Shown one piece after another: positions 18,844-29,434 of a stretch of DNA of 64,000 bases (position 1 is its first letter; the number at the start of each line of letters is the position of its first letter). Source of the stretch: an uncultured bacterium. Its GTDB lineage: Bacteria; CAYUVA01. Where the stretch lies: the NCBI GenBank assembly GCA_964448115.1, contig CAYUVA010000006.1:43608-107607 (forward strand), in the 5' to 3' direction. The translations under genes and the position numbers were made by a program. The notes beneath the pieces were generated by a model that ran no database searches, was not told the origin of the DNA, and was given only the letters and a program-made list of their open reading frames with translations.

Positions 18844-20361
18844 TTATTGTTTCTTGAACTGGTCGATTAGCCTTTGAATCAATGCAAATGGGTTCAACAG
18901 GTGCAATACCCTCGTCTCCTTGGTAGTTGGACTTATGAGAACCTTGTGCTTCAAGCCGCCGGTGATGTTGCGAGCAGCGAATCGCGCCAGGTTCCCGAAG
19001 TCCATGCCCTGCATCCAAAGGTTTATGTAATCCTGGAGCAGCTTCTTATCCATTCCGACTGCGAAGATGTAGCGATCCGGCACCTGTCTCTGACACCACT
19101 GGCGTATCTTCTCCAGCGCTTTATCTCTGGGCAATCGCAGGTTTATCCGTTGTGCAAAGTCGAACTGGTTAATCTCAAATTGAGTTATGACGAATCCATC
19201 CAAATAGAAGCACAGATGCTCCTGTGGCTTGTGATCGAAAAGCTGCACCAGGAATAGAATCTTATTTTCGGGCACCTTGTCCGCATCGGGGAATACCTTT
19301 CCCTGGAGCAGCTTCCTGAATGGATACTCCAGTAGCTTGAAAAATGGGGGCATTGGCGCATAACCGAACTCTTTTTGCAGTGAGTCCGAGATCTCCCAGA
19401 GCCTCTGCCAGGTCAACTCCTGTAGTTTATTGGGCAACTCAAAGGGGATTCCGCTAGTGGATAGAAGGCGATAGACGAACTGCATATTAAAGACTACCGC
19501 TGCGTTGCTGCTCGTCTTGTCCTTCAGGTAGGAAGCGCCCTCCATCAGCTTCTGATAGGGAAGGTTCCTGGTTAGTTCGCTATCGATCGGCTCCAGGGAA
19601 AGCTCGCCTTGATGCGATATTGCCTTATATCCCAAGCCCCAGCGATCCTCGTAGTTTACATACCCGACTGCGAAGCGAAAATCTGGCTGGAGATCAGCGA
19701 TCAGGCTGCGCAACGACTCTATGTCCATCTGCGAGTATGGCTGGTAGAACTCCATTACTCGATTATAGAAGGCTGTCTCCGGCAGGTAGTAAAGCCGGTC
19801 CTCGAATGAGCCAGCGATAAGGCGAACCACCTGAAGGTAATAAAGCAGAAGGTCGCCGTGCTCTCGATATTCCCTAAATACCTTGACCACCTCGTCGAGC
19901 AGGCTTTGTTCCACAAATACCGAGGAATTGGAGCGGATTCCAAGCACTCTATGGCAGGAGTTGTTTATATATTCCTCGAAATTCTTTCGCCGGGAGCGTG
20001 TTGGCCAGGTGAGCCTTAGCTTCTCAAGATCGGGGGCTCCCATCTTGAGCGTCCTGAAAATTGTCTTGTCCTCGAAGTAATAAAGAAAAAGCTTGACCGG
20101 CTTTTGAGCCTTGCATATAACCAGGCATAGAGGATCTAGCTCCGGAAAGCGATCAAGCAGGCTCTCCACATATTGCTTGAGATTCTTCGCTTCCAGGGCA
20201 AGCCCATAGTAATCGAGCTTGATGATCTCCCGCGGCCAGCCAACCACCTTATTGTATTCCTCGGAGAATATCCGTGACAGGACGCCGGTAAGGTGTTCAA
20301 GAAGTTCATGATTGTCGTCTTGATGGTTTGAATCGCCCATGCTTTCCTTATTATAAACCAT
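18844..20361 (-). CDS. Hypothetical protein, 505 aa, no recognisable domain
   Basis: A long ORF immediately downstream of the NtrY-like kinase on the same strand. Confidence 0.55.
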   Translation of the reverse strand: MVYNKESMGDSNHQDDNHELLEHLTGVLSRIFSEEYNKVVGWPREIIKLDYYGLALEAKNLKQYVESLLDRFPELDPLCLVICKAQKPVKLFLYYFEDKTIFRTLKMGAPDLEKLRLTWPTRSRRKNFEEYINNSCHRVLGIRSNSSVFVEQSLLDEVVKVFREYREHGDLLLYYLQVVRLIAGSFEDRLYYLPETAFYNRVMEFYQPYSQMDIESLRSLIADLQPDFRFAVGYVNYEDRWGLGYKAISHQGELSLEPIDSELTRNLPYQKLMEGASYLKDKTSSNAAVVFNMQFVYRLLSTSGIPFELPNKLQELTWQRLWEISDSLQKEFGYAPMPPFFKLLEYPFRKLLQGKVFPDADKVPENKILFLVQLFDHKPQEHLCFYLDGFVITQFEINQFDFAQRINLRLPRDKALEKIRQWCQRQVPDRYIFAVGMDKKLLQDYINLWMQGMDFGNLARFAARNITGGLKHKVLISPTTKETRVLHLLNPFALIQRLIDQFKKQ

Positions 20362-20406
20362 TTACAAAAGGTATTCCATAAAGCAGCATTATAGCAGCCA
20401 TCTTTA

Positions 20407-22620
20407 CTACCATCTTATGGCAGCGACCCGCTCTCGCATGGGTAGCTCGATGATTACTTTTGCACCTTTTGGTTCATTTCTTGCGATCCGAACATAGCCA
20501 TTATGGTCATGTATGATCTTGCCAACTATTGCCAATCCGAGTCCGCTTCCCTTTTCTCCTTTGGTGCTGAAGCCGGGGGTGAAGATGCGATGAGAGATCT
20601 TCTCATCGATCCCGATACCGGTGTCGCTTATAGTTATTCTGGCTGTAGTAATAGCCCTTATCAGCTCGGTCTTGACCGTTATGGTTCCCTGTCCATTCAT
20701 GGCTGCGATAGAGTTGTCGAAGATATTCTGGAATACTCGCTTGAGCTGCTCAGCATCGATGTTCATTACTGTTATCTCAGGATCGAAATCGACCCTGAAT
20801 TCGATATCATGCCAGGCGGACTTGTATAGCTCGATCACATTTATTATCACCTCGTGCAGAGAGTCGGGCTTAGGATTTGCTTTTGGCAAACGGGCGAACT
20901 GCGAGAACTCGTTGACCATGCGCCTTAGCTCCTCCACCTGCTCGACGATCAGCCGAGTGCTGGTATTAAAGACCTCGGGAAAGTCCTTGGACTGCGCCTC
21001 GTACTTCTTGCGAAGTCGTTCGGTTGCCAATTGGATAGGTGTAAGCGGATTTTTTATCTCGTGAGCGATGCGTCTTGCGACCTCCTGCCAGGCAGCGGCA
21101 CGCTCAGCCTTGACCAGCTTGGTAAGATCTTCGAGCATTAACACCAGACCCAGATTGTTGCCTGCATTATCCTTCAGCGGTGTTATATGAGCATCGATGG
21201 TTCGAATATCATCCTGGGTCTTTATCAGCAGTTGGGTGGAACCGCTCTTGAAGAAGCTCTCCGATATAAGCCCGATAAACTTTTTTATTTCACTAAGCCG
21301 GGGGCTATCGAATATGTACCTTGCATCCTGTCCGGGCAGTTGGTCGCTTTCGATGTCGAGTATCCTGGCTATCGCCTTGTTGGCAGTGCTTATTCTGAGG
21401 CTATTGTCCATTGTAAGTACGCCGATGGAGATATTATTCAGCACGGTCTCTATGTAAGCCCGTTTCTGTTCGATCTCTATGTTCTTCTGGTTGAGCACAT
21501 TAGCAGCGGTCTCCAGTTTCGCACGAGAAGATTTAAGCTCAGCGGTCATGCTATTAAAGGCATCGACCAGTATGCCAATCTCGTCATCCGCCTTGATATC
21601 GACCTTGTAATCAAGGTTGCCCTTAGCGATCTGTTCGGTTGCTTCTGCCAGCTCTTGCACCGGCACAGCAACCCGCTTTGCCATTGATCTGCCGAACCAA
21701 CTGGCTGAAAATACTATCACCAGGGTAACCATTAAGAAAATTACTATGTAGATCCACTTGAATGGATTTGCAGAGATGCGAAGTCGTTGGTACTCATCAT
21801 AAGAACTGGAGAGTTCAACCACGGTATCAACCACATTTTTCGTGATCAGTTGATTGATAACAAGTACGCCCTTGATGACATCAGCCTGCTGTAGGGAGGG
21901 GATCGGGATGCCGAAGCGAACCAGAGTGCCCTGGGTCGTCTCCTCCAGGTCATGCATCCTCTCCCCGCGCAACGCCCCTTCTATTATCTTTTTTGACTTG
22001 GTCAATGATTCCGTGATCGCCGTATCTTTTTTCGCTCCCCTGATCAACTCCACCCCCTGGGCATTATATATCTGAATAGCATCGAGGTTATACTCCATTG
22101 CCCAGGTTTGCAGTTGCTGCTTCAAGCTCTCTGGGTCCTCGCCTTGTAACAATCCACTCTTAAGGATGCGGCTCACTAACACGCTTCCATAATGCTCATT
22201 GGTCTTTTTAAGCCATTCCACATGGTAACTAGCTACCTGATAAGCACCCTGTAAAAATTCATCCACCTCCGGGTTGAACCAGTTGTTTATGCTATCAGTT
22301 ATCAGCTTGCTGGCGAAAAAAAATAGCAAGATAGTCGGTATCAACGAGGCTGCTGAGAAGGTGAGCACCAGTTTGCGCTGAAATTTCTCCTTGCGCTCGA
22401 AGAAAACCTTGCCAATATTACGAAAAAGTAGAAGTAAAAGGATGAGAAATGCGATTACATTGACATTTACCAGTGCATGTCGGTAGAAATTTTCTATATG
22501 GTACTTATAAAAAAGAATCGAGGAGACAATACCCACAGCGAACATCAAAACCAGTAGCAAGGCTATGATGCCGTATCTTTTCTTTCTGGGCATCTCTTTC
22601 GATTTAGCTTGCTTAGCCAT
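20407..22620 (-). CDS. NtrY-like sensor histidine kinase (4TM-HAMP-PAS-HisKA-HATPase)
   Basis: The HAMP (VPVQELAEATEQIAKGNLDYKV), H-box (IAHEIKNPLTPIQL) and G-boxes (ISDTGIGIDE...GSGLGLAIV) are present. No response regulator is adjacent. Confidence 0.75.
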   Translation of the reverse strand: MAKQAKSKEMPRKKRYGIIALLLVLMFAVGIVSSILFYKYHIENFYRHALVNVNVIAFLILLLLLFRNIGKVFFERKEKFQRKLVLTFSAASLIPTILLFFFASKLITDSINNWFNPEVDEFLQGAYQVASYHVEWLKKTNEHYGSVLVSRILKSGLLQGEDPESLKQQLQTWAMEYNLDAIQIYNAQGVELIRGAKKDTAITESLTKSKKIIEGALRGERMHDLEETTQGTLVRFGIPIPSLQQADVIKGVLVINQLITKNVVDTVVELSSSYDEYQRLRISANPFKWIYIVIFLMVTLVIVFSASWFGRSMAKRVAVPVQELAEATEQIAKGNLDYKVDIKADDEIGILVDAFNSMTAELKSSRAKLETAANVLNQKNIEIEQKRAYIETVLNNISIGVLTMDNSLRISTANKAIARILDIESDQLPGQDARYIFDSPRLSEIKKFIGLISESFFKSGSTQLLIKTQDDIRTIDAHITPLKDNAGNNLGLVLMLEDLTKLVKAERAAAWQEVARRIAHEIKNPLTPIQLATERLRKKYEAQSKDFPEVFNTSTRLIVEQVEELRRMVNEFSQFARLPKANPKPDSLHEVIINVIELYKSAWHDIEFRVDFDPEITVMNIDAEQLKRVFQNIFDNSIAAMNGQGTITVKTELIRAITTARITISDTGIGIDEKISHRIFTPGFSTKGEKGSGLGLAIVGKIIHDHNGYVRIARNEPKGAKVIIELPMRERVAAIRW

Positions 22621-22635
22621 TTAAAACATACACTC

Positions 22636-23235
22636 CTAGTTATTATTTAGCGGCATTGTTACCTTTACGGTAGGGGTCTCGAAGTCAAAGGATATGAAAA
22701 ATAAGATATAGTTAAACGGGAAGAAGAGATGAGATGAATCAAGGGTTGCTTTCATTAGAAAATAGGCGCCCTCTGCCTGCTCCAAGACATGGCTGCGCAA
22801 GATCAGCGATTTTTCGATATAGCTCATGTAGTCCTTCATCAAATTGACATCATCGGTAAAATAGGTCTGATCACTCCCTCCTCTAGGAACAATAACCTTA
22901 TATTCCATGCTGGCACTATCATAGGAGACCCTGTGGGTAAATTCAGCCTCGAATAGCGTGCTGTCAATCCAGAAACCGCGTGGTTTTTTAAGTTTGATCT
23001 TGAACTTGAAGACGGTCTCAACGCCACTTCTAATAGCTTCCAGTATGTCATCGTTGAAGGCATCTACCAGGTTCCCCTTGAAAAGGAAGTTGTTGTCGTC
23101 TCGTTGGACACTAAGATTAGCGATTACAGGCTTTGCTGTCTTCTCCTTGCCGGCACAGGGGGATTGCCACAAAAACACCATTGCCCCAAAAGAAAACAAT
23201 AATAAAATCCAACGCTCTCTAGCAGCAGTCATCAT
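22636..23235 (-). CDS. Secreted/periplasmic hypothetical protein (DUF4390-like), upstream partner of the NtrY-like kinase
   Basis: The signal peptide, the 199-aa size and the position match the DUF4390-NtrY arrangement. The assignment is tentative. Confidence 0.4.
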   Translation of the reverse strand: MMTAARERWILLLFSFGAMVFLWQSPCAGKEKTAKPVIANLSVQRDDNNFLFKGNLVDAFNDDILEAIRSGVETVFKFKIKLKKPRGFWIDSTLFEAEFTHRVSYDSASMEYKVIVPRGGSDQTYFTDDVNLMKDYMSYIEKSLILRSHVLEQAEGAYFLMKATLDSSHLFFPFNYILFFISFDFETPTVKVTMPLNNN

Positions 23236-23372
23236 TGATCCCTAATTATATCATCTAAAGCCTGGTTGCTCTAATTTTCCATAAAGGGAGTAAAAACAAG
23301 AACCGCCCGGCACCATTTGCTGGCACCGAGCGATCTTTTATAGGGATATCTATCCTTATCTAAGGTTAACCT

Positions 23373-24674
23373 TTACAGTTTGAAGTCAGCTTCCTCGAAG
23401 TTATCCAGAACGCCCTTGATCTTGGGATCTTCTCTTTGCTCCTCGACCGCTTTGATAATGGTGGGGGTGATGAAAAGCACTCCATCGGATCTCCCCTCAC
23501 GGAAGTCCTTGGAGCCGAAGAGATATCCAAGTAGCGGTATCTTGTTGAAACCGGGGATGCCGTCAATCGCTCGCGAGATACGCTTGGTCAAGAAGCCTGC
23601 CAACATCAGGGTCTGATCGCTTTTCAAGTTCACGAAGGTATTGGTCCTCATGGTCTCCAGGGCCGGATTACCCTGTACTTCGTTTGCGAAATCGAGGGCG
23701 CTGAACTCCGATTCAACCTTCATATCGATGTTGTTGATCTTATCGATCTCCGGTTTAATCTTTAGCAGTGTACCATAAGGCTTGTACTCGATATTGGCGA
23801 TACCTAAGCCAGTAGTTATGGTATAAGGTATCTCACCGCCCAACTGGTACTCGATCTCCTGTCCGCTTTTCACCGTTATCTGGTGATTCTGCAGCAACCG
23901 GATCCTGTTATCATCGGAGTTAAGCTTAATAGGATTGAAGGTGTTCTTATAGGTCAGGTAGCCACCAGCCTCGCTTTGTGAGAATGGCATCAACTCGGTA
24001 ACCGAGCCATCTGGATTGATGGTTCTTTGTGGCTGCGCCATGTAAGGGGGACCGCCATCCACCAGTTGCTGATACTCGATTGCAAGGCTGCCTGCGTTCA
24101 GAAGGTCATTCCAATTCAAGCCCATCCTGAGGATATCTTCCTTATAGACCTGATAAAAGCTAAGGTCTAGCAGGATCATCCTTTGCATCTGGATATATGC
24201 TTTAGTGAAGTCAGCGAACAAAGCCACCTGGTTAGGGTAGAGTTCCTGTACCTTGCGGCACCTCTCCAGGTCTCGATCCCTGAAGACCTCGCCATCGATG
24301 ATGACCCTATCACCAACGATATGGATATTCACACCCTCTACTTCACCGATCAGTTCCATGACCTCTTTCTTAATTTCTTTGGGATCTTTAGCTAGGACTT
24401 TGACGGTGAAGGTAACCTCTTCGCCTGCTCGGTTCCAGACCGAGATGGTAGTGATACCAGGGCTCATGCCGATGACCAGAATCTTGTTGGTTCCCTGGAT
24501 GACCTTCACATCAGCAACATCCGGGTTTGCCACTGCAACCCTGTTCAAGCCGGGTATCTCCAGTGATTTTTGTTCACCCATAAGTAGCATGATGAAGTTC
24601 TCCTGGGCATAAGCCATAGTTGCGCATAAGGCAGCCAGGATAACCGCCAGGGAAAAAAGCGCTTTAGATCTCAT
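23373..24674 (-). CDS. cpaC: Flp pilus assembly secretin CpaC/RcpA
   Basis: The signal peptide, the N-terminal BON/secretin_N domains and the C-terminal secretin domain (...GIPGFNKIPLLGYLFG...VLFITPTII) are present. Confidence 0.75.
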   Translation of the reverse strand: MRSKALFSLAVILAALCATMAYAQENFIMLLMGEQKSLEIPGLNRVAVANPDVADVKVIQGTNKILVIGMSPGITTISVWNRAGEEVTFTVKVLAKDPKEIKKEVMELIGEVEGVNIHIVGDRVIIDGEVFRDRDLERCRKVQELYPNQVALFADFTKAYIQMQRMILLDLSFYQVYKEDILRMGLNWNDLLNAGSLAIEYQQLVDGGPPYMAQPQRTINPDGSVTELMPFSQSEAGGYLTYKNTFNPIKLNSDDNRIRLLQNHQITVKSGQEIEYQLGGEIPYTITTGLGIANIEYKPYGTLLKIKPEIDKINNIDMKVESEFSALDFANEVQGNPALETMRTNTFVNLKSDQTLMLAGFLTKRISRAIDGIPGFNKIPLLGYLFGSKDFREGRSDGVLFITPTIIKAVEEQREDPKIKGVLDNFEEADFKL

Positions 24675-24740
24675 TCGAACCTCCGCAACATATTGTATTC
24701 GTTAAACATAAAGTTCTTTGTAACATCAAAAAGAAGCTTC

Positions 24741-25694
24741 TTAATCTCCACCGCGTATGATGGTGATCCTCTCCTCCATCTCGCGATGCGCCCGCCGTCT
24801 GATCTCTGGCTTGATGATATTGGTGAAGGTGATCTTCGGCAGATCCTCGTCCTTGAGTATCTCCAGGTCGCTAGGATTGCGAAGTGCAAGGCTCAGCTTT
24901 CCTTGCTCCAAAGAGAAGACCAATATCTCAGCAGATAAAGGCGTAACCAAAAGGGTAACCGTGGCGTAAGCCCTGCCCTGTCCACCCCCCATGAGGTTTG
25001 CTCTCTGCATTGCCATGGCAGGGGTGATCTGAGCACCCTCTCCGCCAGCGCCAGGGAGCAGTCCAGGGAGCACGCTACCTCTTACCGTGCCTCCAACGAT
25101 ATTGCCAACAGCCAACACCAGTACATTCTGAAGCAGGGTAAGAGTAGTTCTCTTGACTTCCAGTCTCCCACCACGCCCCAGGGCTTCCAGTGCCTCAGCC
25201 ATGCGATCCTCTTTCTTGATGTTCGCCTCGGTGAGCACCATCTCTCTTGGAGTCTCGAAGGTGCCGATGATGTCAACATGATCGTCAGGATGGATGAGTC
25301 CAGCGATCCCGGATACCTCGTCCACCGGAATGGCTATGGCTCGCTGACCAACCTCGATGAGATGTGCCACTGGTGGCTCGGTAACGATGCCGTGAATATC
25401 GGACCACAAGATTGGCTGATCCTTCTTCAACGGAGTTGCAGTGATTTGCCCCAGGATAAGCTCCATATCATTGGGATGGAGCGTCTGGGGATTACGCCAC
25501 TTCAAGGGCATCTTGTCTTCCTTGAGCATGGAGACATCCAAAGCGGTGCCCTGTGGGATATCTCGCGCTGCCACCAGTACGCTTACATACTCCTGCTCAC
25601 CGGTCTTGGTCTTCTGGACGATGTAAAGGTGCATCAAAGCAACCGCGGCGGCTCCAAGGAAGATAGCAAAGATTAAGATACCGACCTGTTTCAT
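24741..25694 (-). CDS. cpaB: Flp pilus assembly protein CpaB/RcpC (SAF domain)
   Basis: The N-terminal TM is followed by the SAF motif VLVAARDIPQGTALD. Confidence 0.7.
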   Translation of the reverse strand: MKQVGILIFAIFLGAAAVALMHLYIVQKTKTGEQEYVSVLVAARDIPQGTALDVSMLKEDKMPLKWRNPQTLHPNDMELILGQITATPLKKDQPILWSDIHGIVTEPPVAHLIEVGQRAIAIPVDEVSGIAGLIHPDDHVDIIGTFETPREMVLTEANIKKEDRMAEALEALGRGGRLEVKRTTLTLLQNVLVLAVGNIVGGTVRGSVLPGLLPGAGGEGAQITPAMAMQRANLMGGGQGRAYATVTLLVTPLSAEILVFSLEQGKLSLALRNPSDLEILKDEDLPKITFTNIIKPEIRRRAHREMEERITIIRGGD

Positions 25695-25789
25695 AGCTAA
25701 CCTAACTTCTCCCTTCTATAAAGGTGATTCTCTCATGTTTCTACAAACAACTATCTCAAGAGCGTTTATATCTGCTTCAAGCTCTTTCT

Positions 25790-26818
25790 TTACCGCATCT
25801 TGTCTCGATCCTGGTAAAAAACATTGGTATATACCCTACCGTCTTCTTTGCTTTTCGAGATACCAATTATACATACTTTTTGATCTTTTACATAGAGCAA
25901 AGTTTTTCCTTCACCGTAAGAGCTTCGCATTATCTCCTCGATGTTATCCATAGTGTTCCAGCCATAATAGCGCATATTGGAACGATAGTACAGCATATTC
26001 GAGGTAACTGATCCGCTGCTGACATAGACCTTCATCATCGCCTCCCCCTTGCTGCCATAAGCGATGTCAAAGACCTTAACCGAACCAGGCGGTCGAGGAA
26101 CATCGGGGAGATCGTCTCCTGGAACCTCCTCGTATTTGGGGCTATTCAAGGCATCGGTTAGCGCCGGTAAAAAGTTGCTTTGCACCTGCGGCTCCCGCCA
26201 GAAATCCTCCGGTAACAGCTTCAGCAGATCCACCGGGCTTATGTTGTTCTTGCCAAAATTCTCCAGTATTTCCGCTGGGATACCATACTGCTGCAGCATA
26301 GCGACAAGATCGAACCCAAGGGTCCCCCCTTCTTTAATAGAGGCGGTAAATAACTTCTCTAGCCTCTCGTTCTCAGCAGTAGGATCATCGCTCCAGGCAA
26401 AGCCGAGCCTGGTCTTTCCGGTCCATTTATCCTTTGAGGCGGTGATAAGGTAGATTGTCTTTCCATCAAAAGCGCCCAAAGCCCCCTTTTCCGGGGTTAC
26501 ATGGTATCGAAGTACAGCCTTGGTTCGCTCCAGCTTCTGAATATAGCTCTCCATTATGGCGATCACCGATGAAGAGCTGTAGGAGCGGGAAAAGTGAAAT
26601 GTCCGCCCATTGAGGGTAACATCACCATAAGGTGTAAAGGGTCTGGCGCCAGGGGGAGGATTGCGATCCGGGCGGATGAAGCCAACCGTACCCTCGACCG
26701 TTGCATATAAAGGGGATCCCAGGAATGACAGGATCAATAAGGTCGCAACCGTTGCAACCATGATCGTTTTATCTTCGAAACCAAAGTATTTACCGTTTGT
26801 TATCAACATCACGCTCAC
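25790..26818 (-). CDS. Hypothetical secreted/membrane-anchored protein (342 aa) embedded in tad locus
   Basis: It has an N-terminal hydrophobic segment and no known family. It lies between the pseudopilin genes and cpaB. Confidence 0.5.
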   Translation of the reverse strand: MSVMLITNGKYFGFEDKTIMVATVATLLILSFLGSPLYATVEGTVGFIRPDRNPPPGARPFTPYGDVTLNGRTFHFSRSYSSSSVIAIMESYIQKLERTKAVLRYHVTPEKGALGAFDGKTIYLITASKDKWTGKTRLGFAWSDDPTAENERLEKLFTASIKEGGTLGFDLVAMLQQYGIPAEILENFGKNNISPVDLLKLLPEDFWREPQVQSNFLPALTDALNSPKYEEVPGDDLPDVPRPPGSVKVFDIAYGSKGEAMMKVYVSSGSVTSNMLYYRSNMRYYGWNTMDNIEEIMRSSYGEGKTLLYVKDQKVCIIGISKSKEDGRVYTNVFYQDRDKMR

Positions 26819-26944
26819 CCCCTTTGGAGCCTTCTGTCTATCAAGCTCACAAAAGGATTATACAAGGTTAACAACTCAGCATAACAATGTCAAACCATTT
26901 CCTCGATCAACTCGGTCAAATTCAAGCAAACGGTTGAGCATCCT

Positions 26945-26991
26945 ATTCCAAAGAAAAGGGAAGGCATCCCCTATTATGGACTCCTTCCCCC
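26945..26991 (-). terminator. Intrinsic terminator on minus strand (GGGAAGG-N19-CCTTCCC followed by TTTTCTTTGG) after the pseudopilin genes
   Basis: The stem and T-tract were read directly. Confidence 0.4.
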
Positions 26992-27022
26992 TATAATTAA
27001 AAGCTTGATCCTCTGATTGTCT

Positions 27023-27649
27023 TTATAACAGCAAAAGTATGTAGCTGAACGGTACCCCCCACCAGAGGGTGTCGCCGCCAAAGTTGATGAAGTGCCCATA
27101 GAAGACCAGCCAATGCAGCCAATACAGGTGTTTTATTCCCCAGACATCGAACCAGTATGGCTTTCGCCACGAGTTGGCATCTATCCCGCAGTCTGCCGAG
27201 ACGCTATGGGTTCCCACCCAACTTAGCCCCGGCGGCGGCTGTATCACCGCGGATGCATGTCCATAATAGGCATCCTCCGGAAGTGCTATTATGGCATAAA
27301 TCCAAGGAAACAGATGCGGATAGTCCCCATGGAACAAAGGATCTACAATCATGACCAAGGAGAGCCATAGCCATGCAGCATACTTAGTCCAGGGATCCGA
27401 ACGATACCAGTAGTTCAATGGTGGTCCATCATGGAAAAACTTATGGTGCAGATCCCCTATGTTCTCTTGTCTTGCCTGCTTGAGCGCAACATAACGAGCC
27501 GCTCCGGCTACCCTGACCTTGTAGGAATACGCGTTGCCAAGGTACATGGTGCAAAGTAGAATGAGCACTAAGGGAGGTATAACGATCAGGGTTTCTACCA
27601 TTGCTTGACCATCTCTTCTTTTTAACCTGCCCATAATTCTATTTATCAT
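27023..27649 (-). CDS. TadE-like pseudopilin
   Basis: The N-terminus RRDGQAMVETLIVIPPLVLILL is the TadE-like motif. Confidence 0.55.
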   Translation of the reverse strand: MINRIMGRLKRRDGQAMVETLIVIPPLVLILLCTMYLGNAYSYKVRVAGAARYVALKQARQENIGDLHHKFFHDGPPLNYWYRSDPWTKYAAWLWLSLVMIVDPLFHGDYPHLFPWIYAIIALPEDAYYGHASAVIQPPPGLSWVGTHSVSADCGIDANSWRKPYWFDVWGIKHLYWLHWLVFYGHFINFGGDTLWWGVPFSYILLLL

Positions 27650-27667
27650 TGGCTTCTCCCTCCCTTT

Positions 27668-28573
27668 CTAGTGAAGAATAACAAAGTCGGTGATCAGTCC
27701 AAGGATTGGACCTATAAACGGTATTAAAGCCAGTAGCCTGTTATCCACGGTAATGGGCATCAGTTGCACCTCCCAGTCGGTGTCCGGCCACCAGTTCCAG
27801 ACATCATCTCCGAGTAGTTGTGGGTCCCCGCGACACGGTCTCGCTTGCGCCAGTGCCAGGTATCCATTGAATAGATAGCTTTCCGCCCTGAATGTACGAT
27901 GTAACAATGGCTCCTCGTGGAAGTTCTTGTAGCAGGCAGCGAAAACGAAGGTGGCATCAGGATAGTTGGGCTTCTGGCAGGCTGATGTCTTCAGGTTGCC
28001 AAAGAACCAGCCGGTACTCTGATTCTGATGGATATAAAGTTGTGGCCATAAGAACCAGAAGCCACCTAGTGGAATAGTAAGATCGGCGTCGTTCAAACCC
28101 CAGCCGAACATACCACCTATCCACAGCGGCTCTATCAGGGCGGTTATAGGAACCCAGATATTGGCTATATCTCTTTGTACTCCATTAAGAAACCCATTAT
28201 ACATCTGGATCCTGGAAAGCTCGGAGAAGTAGTCCGCGGTCTGGGTGATGCACCCCTCGATCTCGTAAATACCGATTGTGCACCAGTAGATCGCCTCCAG
28301 TTCCTCCATCATCAGGTGCCATCCGAGCCACATTATGTGTACATTCATCATCTCGATGAGGTTCAATCCCCTAGCCTGCCAGGAAGCGCCGGATAGTGCA
28401 GCCGCATCTGCTATGCCCTGTAGATCGGCCTTGGTGTAGATGAAATCACCTACATTTATAGCCAAGGCGATAAACACGATCAGCCCGGTAATTATCAATG
28501 CCACAAAGGCGAGGGTTTGACCATCCTCATCTCTGGAGACCTTGAGCAAGTCTTTGAATAGTATGTTAAACAT
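27668..28573 (-). CDS. TadG-like pseudopilin / pilus assembly protein
   Basis: The N-terminus DEDGQTLAFVALIITGLIVF plus a large C-terminal domain are present. Confidence 0.5.
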   Translation of the reverse strand: MFNILFKDLLKVSRDEDGQTLAFVALIITGLIVFIALAINVGDFIYTKADLQGIADAAALSGASWQARGLNLIEMMNVHIMWLGWHLMMEELEAIYWCTIGIYEIEGCITQTADYFSELSRIQMYNGFLNGVQRDIANIWVPITALIEPLWIGGMFGWGLNDADLTIPLGGFWFLWPQLYIHQNQSTGWFFGNLKTSACQKPNYPDATFVFAACYKNFHEEPLLHRTFRAESYLFNGYLALAQARPCRGDPQLLGDDVWNWWPDTDWEVQLMPITVDNRLLALIPFIGPILGLITDFVILH

Positions 28574-28593
28574 CTTCTATTATCCCCCTATCA

Positions 28594-29406
28594 TCATGGC
28601 CAATACCAGGTCCATTGGCTTGGTTCCCATTCAGCACTGACCTCCTTGCCCTCATAAGGCATGGTGCAGTAGGACTCTATTGCCCAGAAGTTGGTGTCGT
28701 AATTGCCAGCCAGGGCGGTTGGTGGGTTGGGTGGCTCTCCCCGCAGGTAAGGCGCATACTGGGCTATAAAGTGATTGATGAAGGGGATGCCCAGAAACAT
28801 GTAGTAACGAACCAGGACCACTATATCCCCGCGATCCCATTGAGATTCGTTTATGTAGTGATCCGTGCCCCATATCTCTTGGTTAACATCTTTGGAGATA
28901 GAGGTGCCGCAGCCAAACCAAGGCGCAAAGCCATTGACGCTGACTGCGGCATAAGCATATACGAATCTATCCACCCCGTCTGCGATAGTGTGCCAGATAC
29001 CGGGAAGTGACTCTATGATCGCTCGAATTATCCCGGCGATCCCACCAACGCCTGGCCAGGTCTGGATGACCTCGGTTACTCCTGGCGATACGACCATAAG
29101 TGGCATAGCTACTGCCACATGTATCTTAAGGTACTTCTTGAACCAGTCAACTTGCCCCGCCTGTCCACTGAATGAGTAGCCAAATACAGTTATCCACTCC
29201 CAGCGTGGAACAAATACCGTGGCGCACCTGGCGCCGCAGAAGGCAGCGTAGTCCACCATTGCCTTGGCATTATACATCAGGGCAATCTGCATGATGGCAA
29301 GGACGATGAGAACTACCCAGGGAAAGGTGATGGCGAACTCCACCATCGCCTGCCCGTCCTCACCGAGCTTGCGCTTTCGATATCCCTTTATCCTGAATCT
29401 ATCCAT
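28594..29406 (-). CDS. TadE-like pseudopilin
   Basis: The N-terminus is GEDGQAMVEFAITFPWVVLIV. Confidence 0.55.
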   Translation of the reverse strand: MDRFRIKGYRKRKLGEDGQAMVEFAITFPWVVLIVLAIMQIALMYNAKAMVDYAAFCGARCATVFVPRWEWITVFGYSFSGQAGQVDWFKKYLKIHVAVAMPLMVVSPGVTEVIQTWPGVGGIAGIIRAIIESLPGIWHTIADGVDRFVYAYAAVSVNGFAPWFGCGTSISKDVNQEIWGTDHYINESQWDRGDIVVLVRYYMFLGIPFINHFIAQYAPYLRGEPPNPPTALAGNYDTNFWAIESYCTMPYEGKEVSAEWEPSQWTWYWP

Positions 29407-29434
29407 GTAATCAGCCTCCCTTTGAAGCCTTAGT

